In this document: positions 7,429 to 15,811 of the stretch, piece after piece
Position numbering within the stretch: the first letter of the stretch is position 1
Layout: every line of letters starts with the position of its first letter
Assembly: GCA_964576115.1 (NCBI GenBank)
Contig: CAZNUA010000001.1
Coordinates: forward strand, 179,172-199,171
Length of the DNA: 20,000 nt
Direction: 5' to 3'
Source: an uncultured Gemmatimonadota bacterium
GTDB taxonomy: Bacteria > Blakebacterota > Blakebacteria > Blakebacterales > Blakebacteraceae
Position numbers and translations under genes: made by a program
Notes under the pieces: generated by a model
What the model was told of the DNA's origin: nothing
The model's database searches: none
The model's input: the letters and a program-made list of their open reading frames with translations, nothing else

Positions 7429-9903
7429 ATGAGCACCCTGACAGACAACCTCAGTTTCGGTCTCAAGCTGCTGCGCAAGGAAACCGCTTTCTCCGTTACC
7501 GCTCTGCTCACCCTGGCCCTCTGTATCGGGGCCAACAGCGCCGTCTTCAGTGCCGTCAACGCCCTGATGCTGCGCCCCCTGCCCTTTCCCGAACCGGAAC
7601 GGCTGGTCATGATCTACAACTCCTACCCCCGGGCCGAGGCTCCCCGTCTGGGCGCCTCGGTTCCCGATTATGTCGCCCGGCGGGCGGGGGTCGACGCGTT
7701 CGAGGATATCGGCGCTTTCTTCTACGGCGGTCTGACCGTAGGTGAGACGGGCCAGCCCGAACGTGCCTGGGCGATCTACATCACTCCCGCCCTGCTCACT
7801 TTGTTGCGGATCGAACCGGTCATCGGACGCAATTTCACCGAAGCCGAGACCGAGGCCGAGAACGCCCGGGTGGTGCTGCTGGGCTATGAATACTGGCACG
7901 AGCATTTCGAACGGTCCGACGATGTCCTGGGACAAACCCTGCGCATCGACGGCGAGAACTGGACCATCGTGGGTGTCCTGCCCGAGGGCTTCCGCCTGCT
8001 CGACGAACGGCAGGTCGATCTCTGGACCCCGATCCCCTTCACCCCCGCCGCCCGGTCGATCGACAACCTGCATACCAATTCCCTCTCACTGATCGCCCGG
8101 CTGCGGCCCGGAGCCACGATCGAGCAGGCCGAAGAACAGATCGCGGCCGTCAACAACCGGCTGCTGGAGCAGTGGCCCGCTCCCGACGGTCGTCAGATCA
8201 TGGAACGGGCCGGTTTTCACACCGAGGTCGTCGAGCTGCAGACAGCCCTGCTCGGCGACCGGCGACCGCTCTTCACCCTGCTCCTGGGCGGGGTTGTCCT
8301 GGTCCTGTTGATCGGTTGCGTGAATATCGCCCACCTGATGATCACCCGCCTCAATGTCCGGCAGCTCGAACTGGCCACCCGGATCGCCCTGGGCGCCAAT
8401 CGCCGGCAGATCTACACCCAGGTCGTGACCGAAAGCCTGCTGATCGCCGTCATCGGCGGTCTGCTGAGCCTGCTGGTGGCAATCGGCGCTCTGGCCCTGA
8501 TGCGCCTGCTCCGGTTCAACGAATTTCCCTTCGGCTACATGATCCGCCTCGATGTCACCACCCTGCTCTTCACCCTGCTCATTTCCATGCTGGCGGGGGT
8601 TTTTTTCGGGCTCGTGCCCGCCGCTCAGGTCATGCGCACCGACCTGCAGACGGTCTTTCGATTCGACGGCCGGAGTGTGACCGCCGACCGGGGAGCGATC
8701 CGGAACCGGAACCTGATGGCGATCATACAGGTGGCGCTCGCCTTCGTGCTGCTCACCGGGGCGGGGCTTCTGGTTCTGAGTTTCTCGCGGCTCATCAGGG
8801 TCGATCCCGGTTTCACCGATCCCGCCTCGGTCCTGCACGGCTTTATCGACCTGCCTGCGGCACGCTATCCCGACCAGGAATCATGCCTTGCATTCTCCGA
8901 CGAGCTGCTGGCCGAAATGCGTGCCCTGCCGGGGGTCCGCGAGGCAGCTCTCACCACCCGGCTTCCCTTCGTGACCTTCGAACTGACCTCGATTCTCTTT
9001 CCGGAAGGCTACGAAGACCGGGCTGATGAATCGCTCATCGCCCACCGCCGGGCATCCGTTTCGCCGGGCTATTTCAGCACTCTGGGAATTCCTCTTCTCC
9101 GCGGACGCGATTTCACTCCCGCCGACGATCTCGCCAGCCCCCGGGTGGTCATCGTCGACGAATGGCTCGCGGAGCGGTACTGGCCAGGAGAAAATCCCAT
9201 CGGTCAGCGTCTGCGCACGGGAACCCCGGGGCAGAAGATCGATGATGAAACCGAGCTGTTCACCGTCATCGGGGTGGTCGGGTCGGTCCGCTATGACGAT
9301 CTGGCCGAACCGGCGGCCGGCGGCCGCGGCGCCTACTACCTGCCCCTTCGTCAGTGGCCACAGGCCTTCATGGTCCCGGTCCTGCGGGTCGACGGGGAAC
9401 CGATGGCCCTGGCCAGGCCGCTGCAGGAACGGATCGTCGAGATCGATCCCGACCTGCCGTTCTACTTTCCGACCGCCTACGACGAACGGCTGGCCGACAG
9501 CACCCTGGAACGCCGCATTCCCATGGTGCTGCTCATCGTTTTCGCCGCCCTGGCTCTTTTCCTGTGCGCAGTCGGCCTCTATGGTGTGCTGGCGTACGGG
9601 GTAACGCAGCGCACCCGGGAGCTGGGCATCCGTCTGGCGGTGGGCAGCACCCACTCCGAAATTTTCCGTCTGATCATCGTCGACGGTCTGCGCCTGCTCG
9701 GGATCGGGCTGGCAATCGGGATCGTTCTGGCCCTGGTCCTGCTGCGCATCATCCGCAGCCTGCTCTTCGCCGTAGCGCCCACCAACCTGACGGTCTTCGT
9801 CTTCATCACCCTTCTGCTCTCGACCGTGACCCTGGTGGCCTGCATCATCCCGGCTCGTCGGGCTACACGGATCAATCCGGTCTCGGCTCTCAAACAGGAA
9901 TGA
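7429..9903 (+). CDS. ADOP-type duplicated MacB/FtsX ABC permease (orphan, no ATPase nearby)
   Basis: LTLALCIGANSAVFS..ALMLRPLPFPEPERLV, LLIGCVNIAHL..ELATRIALGA, RVDPGF, VTQRTRELGIRLAVG, PARRATRINP: two MacB-PCD/FtsX modules; GGAG RBS. Confidence 0.93.
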   Translation: MSTLTDNLSFGLKLLRKETAFSVTALLTLALCIGANSAVFSAVNALMLRPLPFPEPERLVMIYNSYPRAEAPRLGASVPDYVARRAGVDAFEDIGAFFYGGLTVGETGQPERAWAIYITPALLTLLRIEPVIGRNFTEAETEAENARVVLLGYEYWHEHFERSDDVLGQTLRIDGENWTIVGVLPEGFRLLDERQVDLWTPIPFTPAARSIDNLHTNSLSLIARLRPGATIEQAEEQIAAVNNRLLEQWPAPDGRQIMERAGFHTEVVELQTALLGDRRPLFTLLLGGVVLVLLIGCVNIAHLMITRLNVRQLELATRIALGANRRQIYTQVVTESLLIAVIGGLLSLLVAIGALALMRLLRFNEFPFGYMIRLDVTTLLFTLLISMLAGVFFGLVPAAQVMRTDLQTVFRFDGRSVTADRGAIRNRNLMAIIQVALAFVLLTGAGLLVLSFSRLIRVDPGFTDPASVLHGFIDLPAARYPDQESCLAFSDELLAEMRALPGVREAALTTRLPFVTFELTSILFPEGYEDRADESLIAHRRASVSPGYFSTLGIPLLRGRDFTPADDLASPRVVIVDEWLAERYWPGENPIGQRLRTGTPGQKIDDETELFTVIGVVGSVRYDDLAEPAAGGRGAYYLPLRQWPQAFMVPVLRVDGEPMALARPLQERIVEIDPDLPFYFPTAYDERLADSTLERRIPMVLLIVFAALALFLCAVGLYGVLAYGVTQRTRELGIRLAVGSTHSEIFRLIIVDGLRLLGIGLAIGIVLALVLLRIIRSLLFAVAPTNLTVFVFITLLLSTVTLVACIIPARRATRINPVSALKQE

Positions 9904-10061
9904 TACGCCACACATCTCCAGCCGGGAGGGCATCTGAGGCGCAACGGGGCACGGAAAGGACTGTCAGGAGCCACACCGGAGTGGCATGTTAGGATCGCAT
10001 TGTCGGGACGTACGGAAGGCACCCTGGAGAATCGAACTCCGGGCAGCGAGGGGACACTGTC

Positions 10062-10991
10062 ATGACGACCGACCTGGTGCGGCTCAAGAGCTTCCTCTAT
10101 GCCGCCGAGCAGATGAGTTTCACCGAAGCGGCCCGGCTGCTGCACCTGACCCAGCCAACGGTCAGCCACCACATCAAGGGGCTGGAGCAGGAACTGGGAG
10201 TCAGTCTCTTCGACCGCACCGGCGCCCGGCTGCGCCTGACCGACGCCGGCCGGTTTCTGCTGCCCCGGGCCCGCAAGATCGTCCGTCAGTACAACAGCAT
10301 GCAGGAATTGATGGCCTCGCTCGAAGAGGATACGGTCGGTCACCTGCGTATCGCCTGCAGCACGACCTGCGGTAAGTACCTGCTGCCCCAGTTCGCGGCC
10401 CGCTTCAAGGAACGTCACCCCGGGGTCGAGGTGACGATCTTTTCCTGCACCTCGGAAGACATCGTCCCCCGCCTGCTGGGGGGAGAGGCCGAACTGGGCG
10501 TGGTCAGCTATGAAGCCCGCCAGCAGGGAATCGACGCCCAGGAGTTCTTCGTCGACGCCATCTCGCTGCTCGTCCCCACCGAGCACCCCTGGACGCGCTG
10601 GCCGGCCGTCGATCCAACCGACCTGCTCGAAGAGAAGATCATCATCCGGGAGCCCACCTCGGGCACCCTGCGAGTGATGCTTTCGGAGCTGGCTAAGCAC
10701 AGCCTCTCGCTCGACGACCTCGACATCTTCCTCGAACTGGGGAACGCCGAGGCGATCGTCATGACGATCGCAGCCGGTTTCGGGGTCAGTTTCGTTTCGC
10801 GTCTGGCCGCCGCCTGCAGCCGGAACCGGGGTGAGGTGATCGAAGTGCCTGTGGCCGGTCTGCAGCTCAGACGCCAGATTTATATGATCCGCCGTTCATT
10901 GGAGACACCGGTACCCGCCCGGGAGGCGTTCTGGGAGTTCATCCACCACCCGGCCAATTACGACCTGCTGCTCCTGCCCGAAGCCGATTGA
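10062..10991 (+). CDS. LysR-family regulator, CysL/YeiE-like effector domain
   Basis: HTH SFTEAARLLHLTQPTVSHHIKGLE; IACSTTCGKYLLP, REPTSGT and ELGNAEAI match the CysL-like pattern (GASTT, REPGSGT, ELGSTEAI). Confidence 0.93.
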   Translation: MTTDLVRLKSFLYAAEQMSFTEAARLLHLTQPTVSHHIKGLEQELGVSLFDRTGARLRLTDAGRFLLPRARKIVRQYNSMQELMASLEEDTVGHLRIACSTTCGKYLLPQFAARFKERHPGVEVTIFSCTSEDIVPRLLGGEAELGVVSYEARQQGIDAQEFFVDAISLLVPTEHPWTRWPAVDPTDLLEEKIIIREPTSGTLRVMLSELAKHSLSLDDLDIFLELGNAEAIVMTIAAGFGVSFVSRLAAACSRNRGEVIEVPVAGLQLRRQIYMIRRSLETPVPAREAFWEFIHHPANYDLLLLPEAD

Positions 10992-10992
10992 G

Positions 10993-11092
10993 NNNNNNNN
11001 NNNNNNNNNNNNNNNNNNNNNNNNNNNNNNNNNNNNNNNNNNNNNNNNNNNNNNNNNNNNNNNNNNNNNNNNNNNNNNNNNNNNNNNNNNNN
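10993..11092. other. Assembly gap (100 N, probably a placeholder length)
   Basis: Run of exactly 100 N between two convergent stop codons. Confidence 0.99.
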
Positions 11093-11095
11093 CGT

Positions 11096-11461
11096 CTAGA
11101 AAACGAGCGAGAGCGTGGCGCCCTGAGCCTCGAGCAGGAAGGAGGGCGCGTTCATGACCTCCACCCCGTCGCGCACGTCTTCGGGGGCGATGTCCTTGGC
11201 CTCGTAGGCCAGCTCGCAGAGGACGATGCGACCGCCGAGTTCGAGAATGGTGTTGAACATCTCGACCGGGTCGGGCAGTCCCTTGGTGCCCTGCCGCTTC
11301 TCCAGTTCGCCCTTGACCAGCGCCGGCGCTCCGGCGGGGCAGAAGAAGATGAGCACCTCGTCATCCAGGCTGAGAGCCGAGGATCCCATGATCAGGGTGG
11401 GAAATAAGCCGCCGGCAGCATCGTTGCAGAAGATCACGGTCTTGCCTGTCTCTTCGCTCAC
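11096..11461 (-). CDS. dsrE: DsrE/DsrF-like family protein (putative sulfur carrier)
   Basis: EVLIFFCPAG..ALVKG, LGGRIVLCELA (conserved Cys), DGVEVMNAPSFL and terminal SLVF; GTG start with AAGGAG RBS. Symbol denotes the family, not a proven orthologue. Confidence 0.8.
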   Translation of the reverse strand: MSEETGKTVIFCNDAAGGLFPTLIMGSSALSLDDEVLIFFCPAGAPALVKGELEKRQGTKGLPDPVEMFNTILELGGRIVLCELAYEAKDIAPEDVRDGVEVMNAPSFLLEAQGATLSLVF

Positions 11462-11514
11462 AGTCTTTTCTCCTTGATCGGTTTTCGCCCTCTTGTGCGG
11501 GGCTCTGAGCCGGT

Positions 11515-11811
11515 CTACTCCGGCAGGGCGTAGAGGTAGTACTCCCCGGAATCGTCCATCCCGGTTTCAACGATGAGATCATACTTCTTCATGGCAGTGA
11601 CATGCCAGAGAACCTGGTCGGAGGGCAAGCCGGTTGCGGCCGCCAGTTCGGGAATGCTCTTGGCACCCTCTTTGAGAACTTTTCGCAGCTGCTTGCGCAG
11701 CGCGTTCTGTTCCTTGACCAGCACCTGGGTCCGGGCGACCGAGTCGGCGTTCTGTTCCCGCAGGCCGGCCAGGAAGGCCGCGCGCTCCTTGGCGTCTTCC
11801 TTCTCACTCAT
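11515..11811 (-). CDS. Small winged-helix protein translationally coupled to hdrA
   Basis: KSIPELAAATGLPSDQVLWHVTAMKKYDLIVE HTH plus wing; ATGA overlap with the hdrA stop; GAGG RBS. Confidence 0.8.
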   Translation of the reverse strand: MSEKEDAKERAAFLAGLREQNADSVARTQVLVKEQNALRKQLRKVLKEGAKSIPELAAATGLPSDQVLWHVTAMKKYDLIVETGMDDSGEYYLYALPE

Positions 11812-13862
11812 GCGCTCACCTCGATTCCGGGCAGATCCTCAACAATGGCATCGATCATGGCCTCGTACTGGTCCAGGCTGAAGCCGAGCAGGTCGATCGC
11901 CCGTGTGGGACAGGCACTGACACAGGCGCCGCAGCCCTTGCAGTTGGCCGGGGTGACTTCGGCCCGCTTCACGGTCTGGCCGTCGATCTGGACGTCGATC
12001 AGCGCCAGGGCGTCGTTCACGGGGCAGATTTCGATGCAGGTTCCGGTTCCGTTGCAGCGTTGCATGTCGACCCGGGCCACGAACGGCTCGAGTTCGACTC
12101 CACCCGAACGCAGGAGCACGGCCACCTTGGCGGCTGCGGCCGAGGCTGCCGCCGAACTCTCCTGAACGGTCATCGGCCCCTGGGCGGTCCCGGCCAGGAC
12201 GATCCCCGCCACGGCGGTCTCGACCGGCCGCAGCTTGGGATGAACCTCGGCCAGGAAACGATCGCTGCCCGGGGAGACGTTGAAGAGATCGTGCAGGTCG
12301 GCGATCGGGGTCGGCATCATGCCGACCGCCAGGACGACCAGGTCGACCGGGACCTCGATCTCGGTTCCTCCATCGGTGAGATAGTCGTTCACCTTCACCA
12401 CCAGCCCCGATCCCTTGCCGTCCGGATCGGCGCTGACTTCGGGCAGTTCTTCGGCCATATAGCGCAGGAAGAGCACCCCGTTGCGGGCCGCCCGGGTGTA
12501 CATATCCTCATGGCCCCGCCCGTACGTGCGGATGTCCTGGTAGACACTGAAAACCCTGGTGTCGGGGAAGCGCTCCCGGATCACGTTGGCCGTACTCATC
12601 ACGGCCGAACAGCAGACCCGCGAGCAGTAGTCGTTGACCTCGCCGTCGTCCTGCGGCTCGTTGATCCCCTCGACCTGCCGGCTGCCGACACAGTGGATCA
12701 TCGCGATCGAGCGCACCGGTCGTCCGTTCAGTTCCAACCGGCCGCCGGTGGGGCCGTCGGGAGTCAGCATGCGCTCGAGTTGGGGCAAGGTCACGACCCC
12801 CTCGAGTTCGCCGTAACCGTACTCACCCTTGCGCGGCTCGTAAGGCGTAAAGCCGGTAGCCAGGACTATCGCGCCGGCGACCAGTTCGAACTCCTCATCG
12901 GCCTCGTCGAGCGAAATACCGGTTACCCCTTCGACTTTCAGACACTCACCGCAGCGGGTGCAGTTCTCCCAGTCAATGGCGGGAGTCGCGGGGTAGCACC
13001 CCTCATAGGGCCGGTAGATCGCCTTGCGCTCGGTCAGGTTGTAGTTGAAGGGATCGGGCGCGCTCTCGGGGCAGGCCGCCATGGCTGCCTCCAGACCGGT
13101 GGCATTCTCCGCAACTCCCCGCGACCGGCGTCGCAGCCCGATCTCGAAGTTGCCCACATAGCCCGCCACCGAGGTAACCTCGGTCGAGGTGTGAACGGTG
13201 ATCTTCTCCTCGGCCAGCACTTTCTCGATCAGACCGTGCAGTTCCTCGCGGGCATTGGTGTCCCGGGGGAAGATGTGATCGAGCATCGACAAGCGGCCGC
13301 CGAGGAAGGGTGAGCGCTCGATGAGGGTGGCCTCGAGACCGTTGTGAGCCAGTTCGAGGGCGGTGCGCAGTCCGGCCACTCCCCCCCCCACGACCAGGGC
13401 GTGGCGCTCGGCCGAGAGTTCGATCGATTCGAGCGGCTCGAGACCGCGGGCCTTGGCGATCCCCGCCCGCATCAGGCGAATGGCTTTAAGAGTCGCTTCT
13501 TCGGGATGGTCGTGGTGCACCCAGCTGTCCTGCTCGCGCAGCCCCACGTGGTAAAAGAGATAGGGGTTCAGACCGGCCCGGGTCACCGTGCCGCGGAAGG
13601 TCAGCTCGTGCAGCGAAGGAGCGCAGGCGCCGACGACGACCCGGTTGATGCCCTTCTCACGGATGTCCTCATCGATCATGCCCTGCCCCGGATCGGAGCA
13701 CATGAAGATGTAGGAGCGGGAAACCACCACGTCGGGTTCGTCGGCCAGCGCTTCGGCAACCTTTTCAACATCGACCACATCGCCGATGTTGCCGCCGCAG
13801 GTGCAGACGTAGACGCCGATCCGCGGCTCGTCAGTCTGGGGCTGGGATGTCGGCTCGGTCAT
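11808..13862 (-). CDS. hdrA: Heterodisulfide reductase subunit A family flavoprotein (long, 684 aa)
   Basis: GVYVCTCGGNI, FMCSDPGQ, GACAP, GGGVAG, HCVGSR..YCSRVCC, DIRTYG, EVHPKLRPVET, C-terminal ferredoxin CKGCGACVSACP. Confidence 0.95.
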   Translation of the reverse strand: MTEPTSQPQTDEPRIGVYVCTCGGNIGDVVDVEKVAEALADEPDVVVSRSYIFMCSDPGQGMIDEDIREKGINRVVVGACAPSLHELTFRGTVTRAGLNPYLFYHVGLREQDSWVHHDHPEEATLKAIRLMRAGIAKARGLEPLESIELSAERHALVVGGGVAGLRTALELAHNGLEATLIERSPFLGGRLSMLDHIFPRDTNAREELHGLIEKVLAEEKITVHTSTEVTSVAGYVGNFEIGLRRRSRGVAENATGLEAAMAACPESAPDPFNYNLTERKAIYRPYEGCYPATPAIDWENCTRCGECLKVEGVTGISLDEADEEFELVAGAIVLATGFTPYEPRKGEYGYGELEGVVTLPQLERMLTPDGPTGGRLELNGRPVRSIAMIHCVGSRQVEGINEPQDDGEVNDYCSRVCCSAVMSTANVIRERFPDTRVFSVYQDIRTYGRGHEDMYTRAARNGVLFLRYMAEELPEVSADPDGKGSGLVVKVNDYLTDGGTEIEVPVDLVVLAVGMMPTPIADLHDLFNVSPGSDRFLAEVHPKLRPVETAVAGIVLAGTAQGPMTVQESSAAASAAAAKVAVLLRSGGVELEPFVARVDMQRCNGTGTCIEICPVNDALALIDVQIDGQTVKRAEVTPANCKGCGACVSACPTRAIDLLGFSLDQYEAMIDAIVEDLPGIEVSA

Positions 13863-15226
13863 GACGTGCTCCTCTCAGCGCTGACGGCGGCTTCCGCCGG
13901 TGCTGTAGCGGCCCCTCCGGTTTCGATCCAGGCGGCTGCCGCTCCCGCCGCCGCACTGGCCATGACGATACTGTCGACAATGTCCATCGGGGCGGTGGCC
14001 GTACCGGTCGCGAAGATGCCCGGTTGCTCCGTCAGACAGGGAGAGATACTGAAATCCGGTGTGTCCATGAATCCGTCCAGATCGTCGGCGGACACCCCGC
14101 AGAGAGTCTCAGCGTTGTAGGAAGGCACCATGCCGACCGAGAGGACGACCAGATCGTGCGTGTCCTCGACCAGACGGTTCTCATCGACCAGTTCGACCCG
14201 CACGACGGGATTCTGATTCTCGTCTTCGGTGATCCGGGCCACCTTGCCCTTGACGAACTCGATCCCCATCGCTTTGGCGTTCTGGTAGAACTGCTCGTAT
14301 CCCTTCCCGAAGGTCCGGATATCCATGTAATAAATCTTGATCTCGGCCATCGGTAGCGCGCCAGAGAGCAGCATGGCCTGCTTGATGGCGTACATGCAGC
14401 AGACCCGGCTGCAGTACTCCACTCCCAGGCTCACATCACGCGATCCGGCGCACTGTATGTACGCAATCGAATCGGGCTGCTTGCCGTCGGAGGGGCGCAG
14501 GACGTGGCCGTAGGGACCGGTCGGCGCCAGCAGGCGCTCCATGGTCAGACCGTCGATGACGTTTAGGATCTCCCCGCCGCCGTATTCGGCCTTGGCGTCG
14601 GTCGGAGTGATTTCGTACCCGGTGGCCAGGACGACGGTCTTGGCCGAGAGTTCGATCTGTTCGGGCTGCTGGGCCAGATCGACCGCCCCGGGCGGACAGG
14701 CCTGCTCGCACTTGCCGCAGAGCAGGCAATGTTCCATCTCGAGCACCGCGATCTGGGGAATGGCCGTAGAGAAAGGTACGTAGACGGCCCGGTGGGCGGT
14801 CAGATTGGAATCGAAATCGTGCGGCAGATCGACGGGACAGACCAGTTCGCACATGCGGCAGCCGGTGCAGGTATCGGGATTCACATAGCGCGGTTTCTGC
14901 AGGATCCCGGCCGTAAAGCCGTCGGCTGTGCGCTGGATCGTCTGCAACTCGCACCAGGTGAACAGAGTGATGTTGGGGTGATGGGCGACGGCCGCCATCT
15001 TCGGGGTGGTGATACAGCTGCAGCAGTCCAGGGTCGGGAAGACCTTGCTGAGCGCGATCATCTTCCCCCCGATGCTGGCTTCTTTCTCCACCAGAGTGAC
15101 CGCATAGCCCTGATCGGCCAGGTCGAGTGCCGTCTGCATTCCGGCGATCCCGCCCCCGACGACCAGGGCATCGGTGTCCATGCGTGTGACGTTCATGTGT
15201 GGCACAACCTCCTGGCTGTCGGCCAT
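13859..15226 (-). CDS. hdrA: Heterodisulfide reductase subunit A family flavoprotein (short, 455 aa)
   Basis: GGGIAG, KVFPTLDCCSC, inserted ferredoxin CTGCRMCELVCP / CLLCGKCEQACP, QCAGSRD..YCSRVCCMYAIK, YMDIRTFGK; ATGA overlap with the next hdrA. Confidence 0.95.
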   Translation of the reverse strand: MADSQEVVPHMNVTRMDTDALVVGGGIAGMQTALDLADQGYAVTLVEKEASIGGKMIALSKVFPTLDCCSCITTPKMAAVAHHPNITLFTWCELQTIQRTADGFTAGILQKPRYVNPDTCTGCRMCELVCPVDLPHDFDSNLTAHRAVYVPFSTAIPQIAVLEMEHCLLCGKCEQACPPGAVDLAQQPEQIELSAKTVVLATGYEITPTDAKAEYGGGEILNVIDGLTMERLLAPTGPYGHVLRPSDGKQPDSIAYIQCAGSRDVSLGVEYCSRVCCMYAIKQAMLLSGALPMAEIKIYYMDIRTFGKGYEQFYQNAKAMGIEFVKGKVARITEDENQNPVVRVELVDENRLVEDTHDLVVLSVGMVPSYNAETLCGVSADDLDGFMDTPDFSISPCLTEQPGIFATGTATAPMDIVDSIVMASAAAGAAAAWIETGGAATAPAEAAVSAERSTS

Positions 15227-15235
15227 GACGGTCCC

Positions 15236-15673
15236 CTACGCAGCCGGCGCCTCGGGCAGGGGTTGCTGGACGGGACCGATCTCATCCAGCAGTTCTCGCA
15301 TTTCGCGGACTTCCTTCAGGAACGGCTTGGTGCACACCGTACAGATCGCCGTCAGTCGGAGCCGTCGGGTGTCTATCTCCTTTTCCTTCATGAGGGGATA
15401 GGTCTTGTTTATCAGCTCCGCCGTACGCTCCGCACCCCCCGGGTAGGGGCAGTCCGAGCCGCTGTACATGACGATGATGGCGTCGATGCCGCGCTCGAAA
15501 GCCCGCAGGTAGAAACTCTCGGGGAACATGCAGGGGCAGACCACCGGCAGGACGTAGACGTCGGGGGTGTACTCGGCGTGCAGCTGCCCGACCGCGTCGG
15601 CTCCGGCGTATCCGCCGGAGAGTGTGGCCAGGATCAGGATTTTCGGTTGCCGCTTTCCGGCACTCTCAGCCAT
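15236..15673 (-). CDS. mvhD: MvhD/FlpD-like iron-sulfur subunit with an atypical Cys pattern
   Basis: PKIL..GYAGADAVG..Y..V.C..AFERGIDAIIV..DCPY..RRLRL..F follows the MvhD family pattern; adjacent to hdrA. Confidence 0.85.
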   Translation of the reverse strand: MAESAGKRQPKILILATLSGGYAGADAVGQLHAEYTPDVYVLPVVCPCMFPESFYLRAFERGIDAIIVMYSGSDCPYPGGAERTAELINKTYPLMKEKEIDTRRLRLTAICTVCTKPFLKEVREMRELLDEIGPVQQPLPEAPAA

Positions 15674-15674
15674 A

Positions 15675-15810
15675 GCGCTTCCCTCGGTTCAAAGCGGTTA
15701 ATGCGGGCCCCGGGCCGCTCCGGCGAGGGAGCGAGGATGCTCCCACCCCCTGTGGCAGGGGGCACCGGAAGCGGCCCGGGTTTTGGAAAGGCAGACGAAC
15801 CGGGAAGCGC
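15675..15810 (-). promoter_or_regulatory. Structured intercistronic RNA sequestering the mvhD ribosome-binding site
   Basis: 15797-15810 pairs with 15675-15690 (14 bp, 2-nt bulge) and encloses a three-way junction at 15709-15780. Confidence 0.6.
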
Positions 15811-15811
15811 G

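Noticed and set aside
9982-9998. Sigma54 promoter upstream of lysR (TGGCA...TCGC)
   Set aside because: GG-to-GC spacing is 12 nt rather than the required 10.
10988-11407. ORF spanning the N run
   Set aside because: Artefact of the assembly gap.
11808-15673. Selenocysteine recoding in HdrA or MvhD
   Set aside because: No in-frame TGA; all three ORFs are complete.
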